From an uncultured Bacteroidales bacterium (GTDB lineage Bacteria; Bacteroidota; Bacteroidia; Bacteroidales; UBA932), in contig CALZOR010000001.1 of NCBI GenBank assembly GCA_945827785.1, positions 54,391 to 118,390 of the forward strand: a stretch of DNA of 64,000 nucleotides. The letters run 5' to 3'. Positions 30,496 to 39,903 of this stretch are shown here, in pieces (positions within the stretch are counted from its first letter, which is position 1; every line of letters begins with the position of its first letter). The position numbers were made by a program, and so were the translations under genes. The notes below the pieces were generated by a model that was not told where the DNA came from, did no database searches, and saw only the letters and a program-made list of their open reading frames with translations.

Positions 30496-31941
30496 ATGGC
30501 AGACAAATGGAAAACTGCCATCCTTTGGGCCGTCGCTGCAGTCCTTGCTGCGGCCACGGTTGCTCTTATAATATGCGGCAAGCTTCCGCTGGCGGCTGCC
30601 TTGTGCGTTGCACCAATTCTTGGACTCACCGTAGTCAAGGCCTTCGACAACAGGATGCTTTCCCTTTCATTCATCCTGCTGGCAGATTTCGCAATACCAG
30701 TTCTTGAGCATTACCTCCCGGGAATGTCAATGGGAATGCTGATGGATGCCACCATCCTTTTTAATGTCGTGGCCATCCTGTTTGCTTCAATAAGCGGATA
30801 CAAAAGTTCAAACGTCATCACCATTGATCTTATTGCAGCTGTCGTTATCTGGCTGATATATTGTATCATTGAAATTGCAAATCCTAACATGAGGAGCATA
30901 GGAGTGTGGCTCTCCGCCGTCCGGAGCATGGCCCTTTATTTCCTCATGGTCACTATAATAGTGGAACTGACCATTACCGATTTCAGGAAATTCATGGTCA
31001 TCCTCAAAATCTGGTCAGTCTTCGTACTTGTTTCATTTGCAAAGGTAATGTACCAGAAATACGTTGGGTGGACTCCGGGGGATGCATTTTTCCTGAACGT
31101 GATGGACGGCAAGAGGACTCACATAATCTACTATGGCACAAGGTATTTCTCCATTTTCTCCGACGCGGCAAATTTCGGAGGTTCGATGGGAATGGCGATG
31201 ACAGTATTTGCTATTGCCGGGATGCATGTCAAAAATGCAGGAGAGAAAATATATTTCTTCATCGTTGCAGCATGCGCATGCATCGGGATGTTCCTTTCCG
31301 GTACCAGAAGCGCCCTGCCGGTACCTGTTGCCGGAGTCATGGTCTATCTGGTCCTTATCAAGGATTTCAAGAAGATGGTTCCTATAACGATTGTATGCGC
31401 CGTAGCCATCGGATTACTGGCCTTCACCGAAATAGGCCAGAGCAATGCGGCAATCCGCAGGGCCAGGACCATATTCCACAAAGACGAAGACCTGTCCTAC
31501 CTCATAAGGAAGGAAAATCAGAAACAACTCAGGGGCTACATGAAGGAACTTCCGTTCGGAAACGGCCTCGGGATGAGCGCAGGAAGGGCCCAGCGCAACG
31601 GGGACTATTCTCCTCTGACCTACATTCCTACCGACTCATGGATTGTGCAGCTGTGGGTTGAAACAGGTATTATAGGGCTGCTGATATATCTTGCCGTAAT
31701 GATGTATATTTTTGCGAGGGGGGCCTACATCATCTTTTTCACTCTTAAGAACAAGATGCTGGCCGGGATGTGCTCCGGGCTTCTTGCCGGAGTAATGGGC
31801 CTGTTCGTAATGAGTACGAACAATGAGGTCTTCACCCAGTTCCCGAACAGCATTCTGGTCTATACCTCCATCGCCCTTGTATTCATCAGCCCCCAAATAG
31901 AAAAAAGAATGGTCAACAATGAAATTAAGTTTCGCATTTAG
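30496..31941 (+). CDS. O-antigen ligase / Wzy-like polymerase
   Basis: Many TM helices, SGTRSA motif, periplasmic loop PFGNGLG ... PTDS ... ETGIIG. Confidence 0.8.
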   Translation: MADKWKTAILWAVAAVLAAATVALIICGKLPLAAALCVAPILGLTVVKAFDNRMLSLSFILLADFAIPVLEHYLPGMSMGMLMDATILFNVVAILFASISGYKSSNVITIDLIAAVVIWLIYCIIEIANPNMRSIGVWLSAVRSMALYFLMVTIIVELTITDFRKFMVILKIWSVFVLVSFAKVMYQKYVGWTPGDAFFLNVMDGKRTHIIYYGTRYFSIFSDAANFGGSMGMAMTVFAIAGMHVKNAGEKIYFFIVAACACIGMFLSGTRSALPVPVAGVMVYLVLIKDFKKMVPITIVCAVAIGLLAFTEIGQSNAAIRRARTIFHKDEDLSYLIRKENQKQLRGYMKELPFGNGLGMSAGRAQRNGDYSPLTYIPTDSWIVQLWVETGIIGLLIYLAVMMYIFARGAYIIFFTLKNKMLAGMCSGLLAGVMGLFVMSTNNEVFTQFPNSILVYTSIALVFISPQIEKRMVNNEIKFRI

Positions 31942-32110
31942 CGAAACTACCATATTTAGAGACCTTTAGGTCGTGGGTAAGTCCCTTCCCCGGGGGAAGG
32001 GATTTAGGGATAGGTCCTCGTAGAAAGGGAAATGTGCGGTGGGAAGAAGTTTTGCAAGCGGCACAACCCTCAGGATCACAATAAGTTATAACTTGCAAAA
32101 CTTGAGTAAT
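31925..32110. repeat. Extended copy C of the AAGTTTCGC palindromic element
   Basis: Starts TTAAGTTTCGCATTTAGCGAAACT, ends GCAAAACTTGAGTAAT; internal hairpins 31982-32002 and 32047-32058/32092-32103. Confidence 0.7.
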
Positions 32111-33005
32111 GGATAAAATGATATCTATAATAAGTGTCAACTACAACGGTCTGAAGCAGACTTCTGAGATGATTCGTTCAATCATGCAGAATGTGCACTC
32201 ATGCCCGTTTGAAATCATCATAGTTGACAACGGGTCACGCAATGACGAGGCCAGGCAGCTGAAAGAAAATTTTCCGCAGATCAAGGCAATCCGCAGCGAA
32301 GAGAACCTTGGCTTTGCAGGCGGGAACAATCTTGCGCTTGCTCATGCAGATGGCGACTGGCTTTTCTTCATCAATAATGACACGGAGATTCTGCAAGACA
32401 ATGTGGACAATCTCTGCAAAGCCCTTGAGGACAATCCTCAGGCAGGAATAGTCTGTCCGAAAATCTGCTTCTTTTCCGACAAGAGCATCATCCAGTATGC
32501 CGGCTACACGCCGATGAAAGGATTCAGGATGAAAAACGGAATGATCGGATACGGCTGCAAGGACGACGGCTCGTTTGACAAGGCAGGATTTACGGCCTTC
32601 CCGCACGGAGCCGCAATGATGGTAAGGCGCAGCGCGCTTGAGGATGTCGGTCCTATGCCTGAAATGTATTTCCTTTATTATGAGGAACTTGACTGGGCAA
32701 TGATGTTCCTTCACAAGGGATGGAAAATCTATTTCGAGCCTTCCTGCACCATATATCACAAGGACAGCATGACAACAAAACGTTTCGGACCCGTGTTCAC
32801 CTACTACATGACTCGCAGCCGTCTGATATATGCCTGGAGGAATCTGAGCGGTGCAGAAAGATGGATGTCCATCATGTTCACAAGATACGTTGCTTCGGCC
32901 AAAAGTTTCATTATTAACCTTCTGCATGGGAGATTTGACTCGGCAAAAGCAGTCGTCAAGGCCAATGCCGACTATATAAAAATGAAAAAACAGGGAAAAA
33001 TATGA
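32109..33005 (+). CDS. Glycosyltransferase family 2
   Basis: ISVNYN, VDNGS, NLGFAGGNN, INNDT, FLYYEELDW. Confidence 0.9.
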   Translation: MDKMISIISVNYNGLKQTSEMIRSIMQNVHSCPFEIIIVDNGSRNDEARQLKENFPQIKAIRSEENLGFAGGNNLALAHADGDWLFFINNDTEILQDNVDNLCKALEDNPQAGIVCPKICFFSDKSIIQYAGYTPMKGFRMKNGMIGYGCKDDGSFDKAGFTAFPHGAAMMVRRSALEDVGPMPEMYFLYYEELDWAMMFLHKGWKIYFEPSCTIYHKDSMTTKRFGPVFTYYMTRSRLIYAWRNLSGAERWMSIMFTRYVASAKSFIINLLHGRFDSAKAVVKANADYIKMKKQGKI

Positions 33006-34141
33006 TAACTCTGCTCCATATCGTACTGATTCTGGCTTTTGTCATTCCTGCGGTCTATTATTTTATTTTTGCCGTGGCAGGACGCATGTACAGGAGACCA
33101 GAAATTTCATCCCCGCAGACAAGCCGTTTCTGCATCCTGATTCCGGCATACTCAAGCGACGGTTTCATTCATGCCACGGTGCAGTCTGCCCTGAATCAGG
33201 ATTATCCGAAGGACAAATTCAGGGTTATTGTGATTTCTGACCACATGAAGACAGAAACTGACGAAACAATCAGACGCACCGGGGCGGAGGTGCTGACTGT
33301 CCACTTCGAAAACAGCACGAAGGCAGCCTCGCTGAAAGCGGCAATGGAATATTTGGGCCCTTCCGCAGCAGACTATGTCGTGATTCTGGACTCTGACAAT
33401 ATCGTCGAAAACACCTTCCTCAATCAGATGAACCGTTCACTTTCCGGGAGGAACATTGCCCTTCAGGGACACCGCTGTGCAAAGAATATAGACACCCCTA
33501 TTGCCAAGGCAGACGGAATATTCGAGGAAGTCAACAATCTGATTTTCAGGGCAGGACATTGTACATTGGGACTCTCATCAGCCCTGATAGGCTCCGGGAT
33601 GGCCCTTCCGTACCAGTGGTTCTTCAAGACCTCGGGAGAGTTCGTCACTTCCGGAGAGGACAAGGAAATGGAGCTGAAGCTCCTCAAGGACGGGATATTC
33701 GTGGAATATGATCCCGACATCCACATTCTCGATGAAAAAACCCGCAGCATCCGGAACCTGCAGAAACAGAGGATGCGATGGCTCACCTCACAGTACTATC
33801 TCATAGGGAAGGCTCTGACCGATTTCCCGCAAGTCAGATTCAAGGCAGGATATTCAGACAAACTAGTCCAATGGGCTTTTCTTCCGAGGATATTGCTCCT
33901 TGCAGGTCTGCCGCTGACAGCCATTGCTACAATTCTGACAGGATCGTCCTGGATGGGAATCTATATTGCGGCAACACTGCTGCTTTTTGCGGGCATCCTC
34001 CTCGGTCTGCCTTCATGGGTTAAACCACGTGACATACTCGACATCTCGGTTGAAGTACCGAAGATGCTGCTGGCTACCATATACAACATTTTCAGCAAGA
34101 AACTGACAAAGGACAAATACATACACACCGACCATCAATGA
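33002..34141 (+). CDS. Glycosyltransferase family 2, membrane-bound processive type
   Basis: ILIPAY, DSD, GEDKE, QRMRW (QxxRW), flanking TM helices. Confidence 0.87.
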   Translation: MITLLHIVLILAFVIPAVYYFIFAVAGRMYRRPEISSPQTSRFCILIPAYSSDGFIHATVQSALNQDYPKDKFRVIVISDHMKTETDETIRRTGAEVLTVHFENSTKAASLKAAMEYLGPSAADYVVILDSDNIVENTFLNQMNRSLSGRNIALQGHRCAKNIDTPIAKADGIFEEVNNLIFRAGHCTLGLSSALIGSGMALPYQWFFKTSGEFVTSGEDKEMELKLLKDGIFVEYDPDIHILDEKTRSIRNLQKQRMRWLTSQYYLIGKALTDFPQVRFKAGYSDKLVQWAFLPRILLLAGLPLTAIATILTGSSWMGIYIAATLLLFAGILLGLPSWVKPRDILDISVEVPKMLLATIYNIFSKKLTKDKYIHTDHQ

Positions 34142-35229
34142 GAATAGCAATCGAAGCACAGCGCATTTTCAGGCGCAACAAACATGGAATGGATTTCGTT
34201 ATCCTGGAAATCATCCGATGCCTCCAGAAGACGGACCACAGGAATGAATACTGGATATTCGTGGCTCCGGGCGAAGACGTATGTCTGCAGGAAACTGCAA
34301 ATTTCCATATTGAAGTCCTCAAGAGCGGCTTCTACCCTCTCTGGGAGCAGGTACTCCTGCCCCGGGCCGTTCGCAAAGTCAGGGCGGACATCCTGCACTG
34401 CACGAGCAACACGGCTCCGCTGTATGTGGGTGTACCGTTTGTCGTCACCCTTCACGACGTGATCTGCCTTGAAAAGGAAAATGGTGCAAGCAAGTCACTC
34501 TACCAGAGGATGGGCAGAATATACAGCCGTTTCGTGGTTCCTAAAATAATCCGCCGCTGCGGCAGGCTCATCACGGTATCGGAATACGAGAAGCAGAGAA
34601 TCCTCGAAAAACTTTCCCTTAAAGAGGATATGGTGAAAGTTGTATATAACGGTTTCGGAAAGGAGTTCAACGAGGATGCAGCTTCAAAGGAGCGTGACTA
34701 CCTGCTTTTCCTTGGTGCTACAGCTCCGAAGAAAAATACAAAAGGAACGCTTCTGGCCTATTCGATCTACCTTGAAAAATCCAGAAGGAAACTGCCTCTG
34801 AAAATTGCGGACCTGAGTCAGGAGCATGTCCGCGCCTACCTTGAGGAAATCGGGAAGAGCGAAATCCTCAGCCACATCCAGTGCACCGGCTATGTGCCGC
34901 ACTCGGAGCTGCCTGCCCTATATGGAGGGGCCTCAACCTTCCTTTATACCTCATTCAGGGAGAGTTTCGGAATCCCGCAGCTTGAGGCTATGGCCTGCCT
35001 GACTCCTCTTGTGGTTTCAGACAAGTCGGCGCTGCCGGAAATCGCCGGACCGGGAGCAGTCTATGCCGACCCGTACAATCCTGAAAGCATTGCAGAAGCA
35101 ATCCTGCGCCTTGAAAATGATGAGGAATTCAGGAAACAGACTGTGGAATACGGCAGGCAGAGGGTAAAGGAATTCTCCTGGGAAAAGGCAGCAGATGGAG
35201 TACTTGCAATCTATGAATCATTAAAATAA
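34138..35229 (+). CDS. Glycosyltransferase family 4
   Basis: VTLHD, ITVSEY, KKN, ESFGIPQLEAMAC (EX7E). Confidence 0.9.
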   Translation: MRIAIEAQRIFRRNKHGMDFVILEIIRCLQKTDHRNEYWIFVAPGEDVCLQETANFHIEVLKSGFYPLWEQVLLPRAVRKVRADILHCTSNTAPLYVGVPFVVTLHDVICLEKENGASKSLYQRMGRIYSRFVVPKIIRRCGRLITVSEYEKQRILEKLSLKEDMVKVVYNGFGKEFNEDAASKERDYLLFLGATAPKKNTKGTLLAYSIYLEKSRRKLPLKIADLSQEHVRAYLEEIGKSEILSHIQCTGYVPHSELPALYGGASTFLYTSFRESFGIPQLEAMACLTPLVVSDKSALPEIAGPGAVYADPYNPESIAEAILRLENDEEFRKQTVEYGRQRVKEFSWEKAADGVLAIYESLK

Positions 35230-35235
35230 AAAACC

Positions 35236-35850
35236 ATGGCAGACCTAAGCAATCTCAAATACACACATCCCGGACTCAAGAAATTCATCGTCTGGTGCCT
35301 TTCGTCAATGAAGCATCCAAGACCACGACTCTGGACCAGAATTTTCGTCAATCCGTTCTTTCATAAAAGAATGGGGGCCAAGGTATGCATGAAGGCACGC
35401 CTGGACGTGTTCCCGTGGAGGAAATTCGTCCTCGGAAAAGGAGCGATAATCGAGGACTATGCAGTGGTAAACAACGGAGCCGGAGACGTATTCATCGGGG
35501 AGAAATCCCGAATCGGAATCGGAAGTGTCGTGGTCGGCCCGGTTGAAATCGGAGCAAGGACATCACTCGGACCACATGTGCACATTGCCGGATTCAACCA
35601 CACCTTCGATGACGGAGACCGCGACTGGAACGAACAGGGTCTGACACTCAGACCGATAAAAATCGGAGACGAATGTCTGATTGGAGCCAATTCATGCGTT
35701 TGCGGAGGCGTGACCATCGGCAACAGGGTACAGGTCGGAGCCGGAAGTGTCGTGACCAAGGACCTGCCTGACGCATGCGTAGCGGTGGGCAACCCGGCTA
35801 AAGTCATAAAGATGTACAATCCTCAAAACAAAAAATGGGAAAGGGTATGA
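35236..35850 (+). CDS. Hexapeptide-repeat O-acyltransferase
   Basis: Left-handed beta-helix repeats, FNH, IGANS, VGAGSVVTKD, GNPAKVIK. Confidence 0.9.
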   Translation: MADLSNLKYTHPGLKKFIVWCLSSMKHPRPRLWTRIFVNPFFHKRMGAKVCMKARLDVFPWRKFVLGKGAIIEDYAVVNNGAGDVFIGEKSRIGIGSVVVGPVEIGARTSLGPHVHIAGFNHTFDDGDRDWNEQGLTLRPIKIGDECLIGANSCVCGGVTIGNRVQVGAGSVVTKDLPDACVAVGNPAKVIKMYNPQNKKWERV

Positions 35851-36953
35851 AAGTGATGTTCCTGGTCTTCCACACGATTGTGGCCCATAGCGGAATCAGC
35901 AAGAAAATCCTCGCCCAAGTGGAAGGACTGAGGCAGAACGGAGCAGAAGTATCTCTGTGCAGCCTTGTCATAGCACCTGACGGAAGGAAATACAGGGCTC
36001 TGGATTCCAGACCGATATGCGAGTTCGGAGGCGGGCTGAAAGCCAAGATACGTAAAAGAGTTGATTACTCGGACATAGTCGAAAGTGCCAGGGAAGGCGG
36101 ATATGACCTTATATATATAAGGTATGACATCAATGCCGATCCTTTTACTGTCAGAATGATGAAGATGCTGCATCGGAGCGGAATCAGGACCATAGTAGAA
36201 ATCCCGACCTACCCTTATGACGGAGAATTCAGGGGACAGGGTCTGATGATGAACCTCCAGCTTGCAATCGACAAGCTTTTCAGAAGACGCTTTTTCAGCT
36301 ACTGTGACCGCATTGTCCTCTACAGCGGCCCCTCAAGCCTGCATGGCAGGCCCGTCGTCCACATCAGCAACGGAGTGGATTTCAGTTCTGTTCCCCTTTC
36401 ACAGGACAGGAACGGCTTCCATGGCAGCCTGAAACTGCTTTCGGTTGCCAACATCCACCTCTGGCACGGGCTTGACAGGCTTATCCGGGGCATGGCGGAG
36501 CACAAGGACATCGATTGCGAGCTGCACATTGTGGGAGACGGAGTTCCACAGATAATCGAAAGCTACCGGACATTGGCAGAGAGTCTCGGGATAGCAGACA
36601 AGGTGAAGATTCTCGGTCCCATGTACGGAAAGGACCTGGACCGGGAATTCGGATGGGCCAACATGGCTGTGGGCAGCCTTGGAAGGCACCGCAGCGGAAT
36701 CACGAGCATCAAGACCCTGAAAAACAGGGAATATGCAGCAAGGGGGCTTGCCTTCTTCTACTCCGAGCAGGATGAAGACTTCGACAATGCACCTTATGTG
36801 ATGAAAGTGCCGGCAGACGAGTCTGCAATCGATGTCAAAGCCCTGGGAGAATTCCTTTCAGGCCTGAAAATGAGCGGGGAAGAGATAAGGCAGTCCATAC
36901 GGAATCTGAGCTGGACGGCCCAGATGGCCAGAATTATCGAAAGTATTTCTTGA
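35847..36953 (+). CDS. Glycosyltransferase (GT4-like, GT-B)
   Basis: SGISKKI, EIPTYPYD, WHGLDRLI, TLKNREYAARG. Confidence 0.82.
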   Translation: MKVMFLVFHTIVAHSGISKKILAQVEGLRQNGAEVSLCSLVIAPDGRKYRALDSRPICEFGGGLKAKIRKRVDYSDIVESAREGGYDLIYIRYDINADPFTVRMMKMLHRSGIRTIVEIPTYPYDGEFRGQGLMMNLQLAIDKLFRRRFFSYCDRIVLYSGPSSLHGRPVVHISNGVDFSSVPLSQDRNGFHGSLKLLSVANIHLWHGLDRLIRGMAEHKDIDCELHIVGDGVPQIIESYRTLAESLGIADKVKILGPMYGKDLDREFGWANMAVGSLGRHRSGITSIKTLKNREYAARGLAFFYSEQDEDFDNAPYVMKVPADESAIDVKALGEFLSGLKMSGEEIRQSIRNLSWTAQMARIIESIS

Positions 36954-37851
36954 AAAGAAGAGACAGGAAGGGACGAAGCGAAAAAGCATAGGAGTGGCGT
37001 GCCAGGATAACCCATGCAATTTTAAGTCTCAGTTTCAGGGGCAGATTCCATGAGTTGTGCATAAGGGACATGACAAAGCTCCTGGAAAGCATTTTAACGG
37101 CCCGTGTCTTCTCCCCGGATACCGCAAGCGGAGCAACGAGCTCCAGTGTTGTCAGATATCCCTGAACATTTCTCGGAGAGAAAGTCGTCGTCATTACGGA
37201 ATTGCCCCTCACCCTCCTGTGGTAGAACTCCTCCGGGATGCCGGCAACTCTTGAAGCATTGATGTAGGCAGCAGCTGCGAAAGCCTCATCCTCATGCAAG
37301 ATGCCTGTCGGAAATCTGAGCCCATGCTTTTTGAGAAATTCAAGTCTGAAAAGGCACATGCACACCGAGCAGCGGTAAAGCCCGCGCGCAAGCATGTCTG
37401 TCATCACGCTGCACCCGTCGGAAACCCCGGTATATGGAGCAGACCTGTGATAATCAAACCATGCGGAGCATGAGGCCTGGTCAAAGCCCTCTCCGAAGGA
37501 CACGGCATCAAAAAAAACAAAGTCCAGATTGTCCTTGCGGCAGCGCGCGACACATTTCTCCATGGCATCCACGGAAATCCAGTCGTCGCTGTCCATGAAA
37601 TAGACGAACTCTCCGCGGGCAATTTCAAGGGCATTGTTGCGGGCAGCACCCTGACCGGAATTTTTCTGCGAAAGAACGGTGATACGATTACCGAAACTTT
37701 GCAGGACCTCCAGGCTTCCATCAGTCGAGCCATCATCCACGGCTATCACCTCAATATCCTCAAGGCTCTGGTCCAAAACGCTTTGCAAAGCCTCTGCGAC
37801 ATAATTCCGGGTATTGTAGACCGGGATGATTATGCTTACTGCCGGCTTCAT
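36934..37851 (-). CDS. Glycosyltransferase family 2
   Basis: SIIIPVYN, DDGSTD, ARN, FMDSDD, HED. Confidence 0.9.
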   Translation of the reverse strand: MKPAVSIIIPVYNTRNYVAEALQSVLDQSLEDIEVIAVDDGSTDGSLEVLQSFGNRITVLSQKNSGQGAARNNALEIARGEFVYFMDSDDWISVDAMEKCVARCRKDNLDFVFFDAVSFGEGFDQASCSAWFDYHRSAPYTGVSDGCSVMTDMLARGLYRCSVCMCLFRLEFLKKHGLRFPTGILHEDEAFAAAAYINASRVAGIPEEFYHRRVRGNSVMTTTFSPRNVQGYLTTLELVAPLAVSGEKTRAVKMLSRSFVMSLMHNSWNLPLKLRLKIAWVILARHSYAFSLRPFLSLLFKKYFR

Positions 37852-38738
37852 TCCTCAGTCTGATTTTCAATATTGTCCGAAGCCATCAAGAAGGACGACA
37901 CCACCATCTTGTGGTCACTGATATAGTCATCTATGATGCGGCTGTCGATGCAGACAAAATCATCGCTATAGAAAATATAGTCTATTCTCATCAGGTCACC
38001 CATGCCTCTGTATGTGGAGCCGCTTCCGCGACCTGTCTCGAAGAAACTGTCTTTCAAGCCGGCATCCATCATCATGCGGTAAGGAGCGGAGAACGGCACA
38101 CAGTTGAAGTCTCCTGCAATTATCAGCGGGAGGGTGGCTGCGGCGGCACAACGCTGCAGTGAGACGCCCTGATTCTTCCTTATGTCTCCGTTGCCAAAGA
38201 ATGTGTAGGCGACATCGACTCCCGATATGCTCTTGGCCATATCCCCGGTTGTAAAATTATTGATTCCTGTTGTCATCAGGTGAACGGCCAGGACCTTGAT
38301 TTTCTGACCGGAAGGAAGCTTGAGTTCAATTTCAGAAAAAGTATCGGAGAAGTCATCGAACTTAACCCTTTTGTGAGAGGCAATCGGATATTTTGAAATG
38401 ATTGCACACTCCCCTTCCATATCGATATGCCTGTATTCTTTTCTGAACAGTTTCCTGAATGCCTTGTCGTCGAAATTCCAGCTCTCCTTGTATTCCTGAA
38501 GGAGAATCAGATCGAGTTCATTTTCTACGGCACTCTGAAGGAGCTTCCCGGCTGTCATTTCCGGATCGGAATTGAATGACATCCAGTTGATGTTCAAGGC
38601 TCCGATACGCAGCATCTCAGGAGTATGCTCCGGTTGGGGGCAGACCGTGCCCGGGCGGTTGTTGCAAAGGAAGAAATAGAGTCCGGTACATACCAAGGGG
38701 ACAAGGACGATTGCTGAAATGATGATTGATTTCTTCAT
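37848..38738 (-). CDS. Endonuclease/exonuclease/phosphatase (EEP) family protein
   Basis: N-terminal TM; LQE, VHL, AGDFN, RIDYIF, SDH motifs. Confidence 0.88.
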   Translation of the reverse strand: MKKSIIISAIVLVPLVCTGLYFFLCNNRPGTVCPQPEHTPEMLRIGALNINWMSFNSDPEMTAGKLLQSAVENELDLILLQEYKESWNFDDKAFRKLFRKEYRHIDMEGECAIISKYPIASHKRVKFDDFSDTFSEIELKLPSGQKIKVLAVHLMTTGINNFTTGDMAKSISGVDVAYTFFGNGDIRKNQGVSLQRCAAAATLPLIIAGDFNCVPFSAPYRMMMDAGLKDSFFETGRGSGSTYRGMGDLMRIDYIFYSDDFVCIDSRIIDDYISDHKMVVSSFLMASDNIENQTEE

Positions 38739-39901
38739 GATCTTTTAGCTTTTTCCCACGCAGCATTGCCTTTATTGCGCATCAGATATCCGATACCGGC
38801 AAATGTCGTGAAATTTGAAAAAAGGAAAAAATAAGGAACACGGAGAATTCCGGCCTTTTCATATTTGTCGAGAATCATTCCTGCAAGGGCAGAAAGGTAG
38901 AATAAAATCTGCAGAATCAGGACAATGAGATAGAAAAGCGGAGCACCCATAAGCACAATGACAAGGTTGAGAACCAGTGCAAGGATAAGGCACGAAGGAG
39001 TGAGAACCCAACGCAGAACCCTATGGGAAACAAACTGGAAAGCAGTCAGGCCATATTTGAAAGGGTTCATCAAGTCCTTGAGCGTCAACACGTTCTGCAT
39101 TGCGCAACCAGCAAGCCTCACCTTTCGTTTTCGTTCCTCCTTAAGATCGGCAGAAGGCTTCTCAGCCGCATAAGCTTCCTTGCAATAAGCAATCTTGAAA
39201 CCCTTGCGTATGACACCCATTGAAATGAACATGTCATCTCCGAGGGTACCTTTCGGAATGTCGGTCCAGAGTTCCCTGCGGATTGCAATCAGCTCTCCCG
39301 CAGCTCCCATCGCTGAATTCAGGCGGTCATCCAGTTCCTTGAGGAAGGACTCGTATTTCCAGTAAAGTCCCTCTGTAGCCGCAGCATTGTTACCGGTCTG
39401 GAGGACTTTTTTCTCACCGGCCACACAACCGACCCTGGGATTATCAAATTTCCTGACAATCAGATAGATAGAATCCTCATTCAATGCAGTATTGGCATCA
39501 GTCATGATGACAAACGGCGTCCGGACATAATGCATTGCCCGGTTGAGAGCTTCTGTCTTGCCCGCACGGGCATCCTGATGAAGGACCGTATTCTCCGGAT
39601 ATTCGGAAAGACGCTGAACAGTGGAATCCGTTGATCCGTCAGTTACCCAAACAATGTGGAGCCTGTCCTTGGGATAGTTCAGACTGCGGCAGTTTTCCAT
39701 CTTTTGCGCCACGATATCTTCTTCATTGTATGCAGCAATGAGAAGTGTCACATCCGGGTACTCCTGTTCAACGGGAAAGGTCTCCGGAGGGGATTTACGC
39801 TCCTTGATCTTCACGGCAATCCATACAATGATTCCATAACCGAAAAAAGTATAGAAAATTACAAAGATGCAGATCCAGAAAAGGATTACAAGTGTTGTCA
39901 T
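38735..39901 (-). CDS. Glycosyltransferase family 2 (biofilm/PGA synthase-like)
   Basis: LLIAAYNEE, TDGSTD, GKT, TDAN, YWKYE, DD; TM helices at both ends. Confidence 0.88.
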   Translation of the reverse strand: MTTLVILFWICIFVIFYTFFGYGIIVWIAVKIKERKSPPETFPVEQEYPDVTLLIAAYNEEDIVAQKMENCRSLNYPKDRLHIVWVTDGSTDSTVQRLSEYPENTVLHQDARAGKTEALNRAMHYVRTPFVIMTDANTALNEDSIYLIVRKFDNPRVGCVAGEKKVLQTGNNAAATEGLYWKYESFLKELDDRLNSAMGAAGELIAIRRELWTDIPKGTLGDDMFISMGVIRKGFKIAYCKEAYAAEKPSADLKEERKRKVRLAGCAMQNVLTLKDLMNPFKYGLTAFQFVSHRVLRWVLTPSCLILALVLNLVIVLMGAPLFYLIVLILQILFYLSALAGMILDKYEKAGILRVPYFFLFSNFTTFAGIGYLMRNKGNAAWEKAKRS

Positions 39902-39903
39902 TA

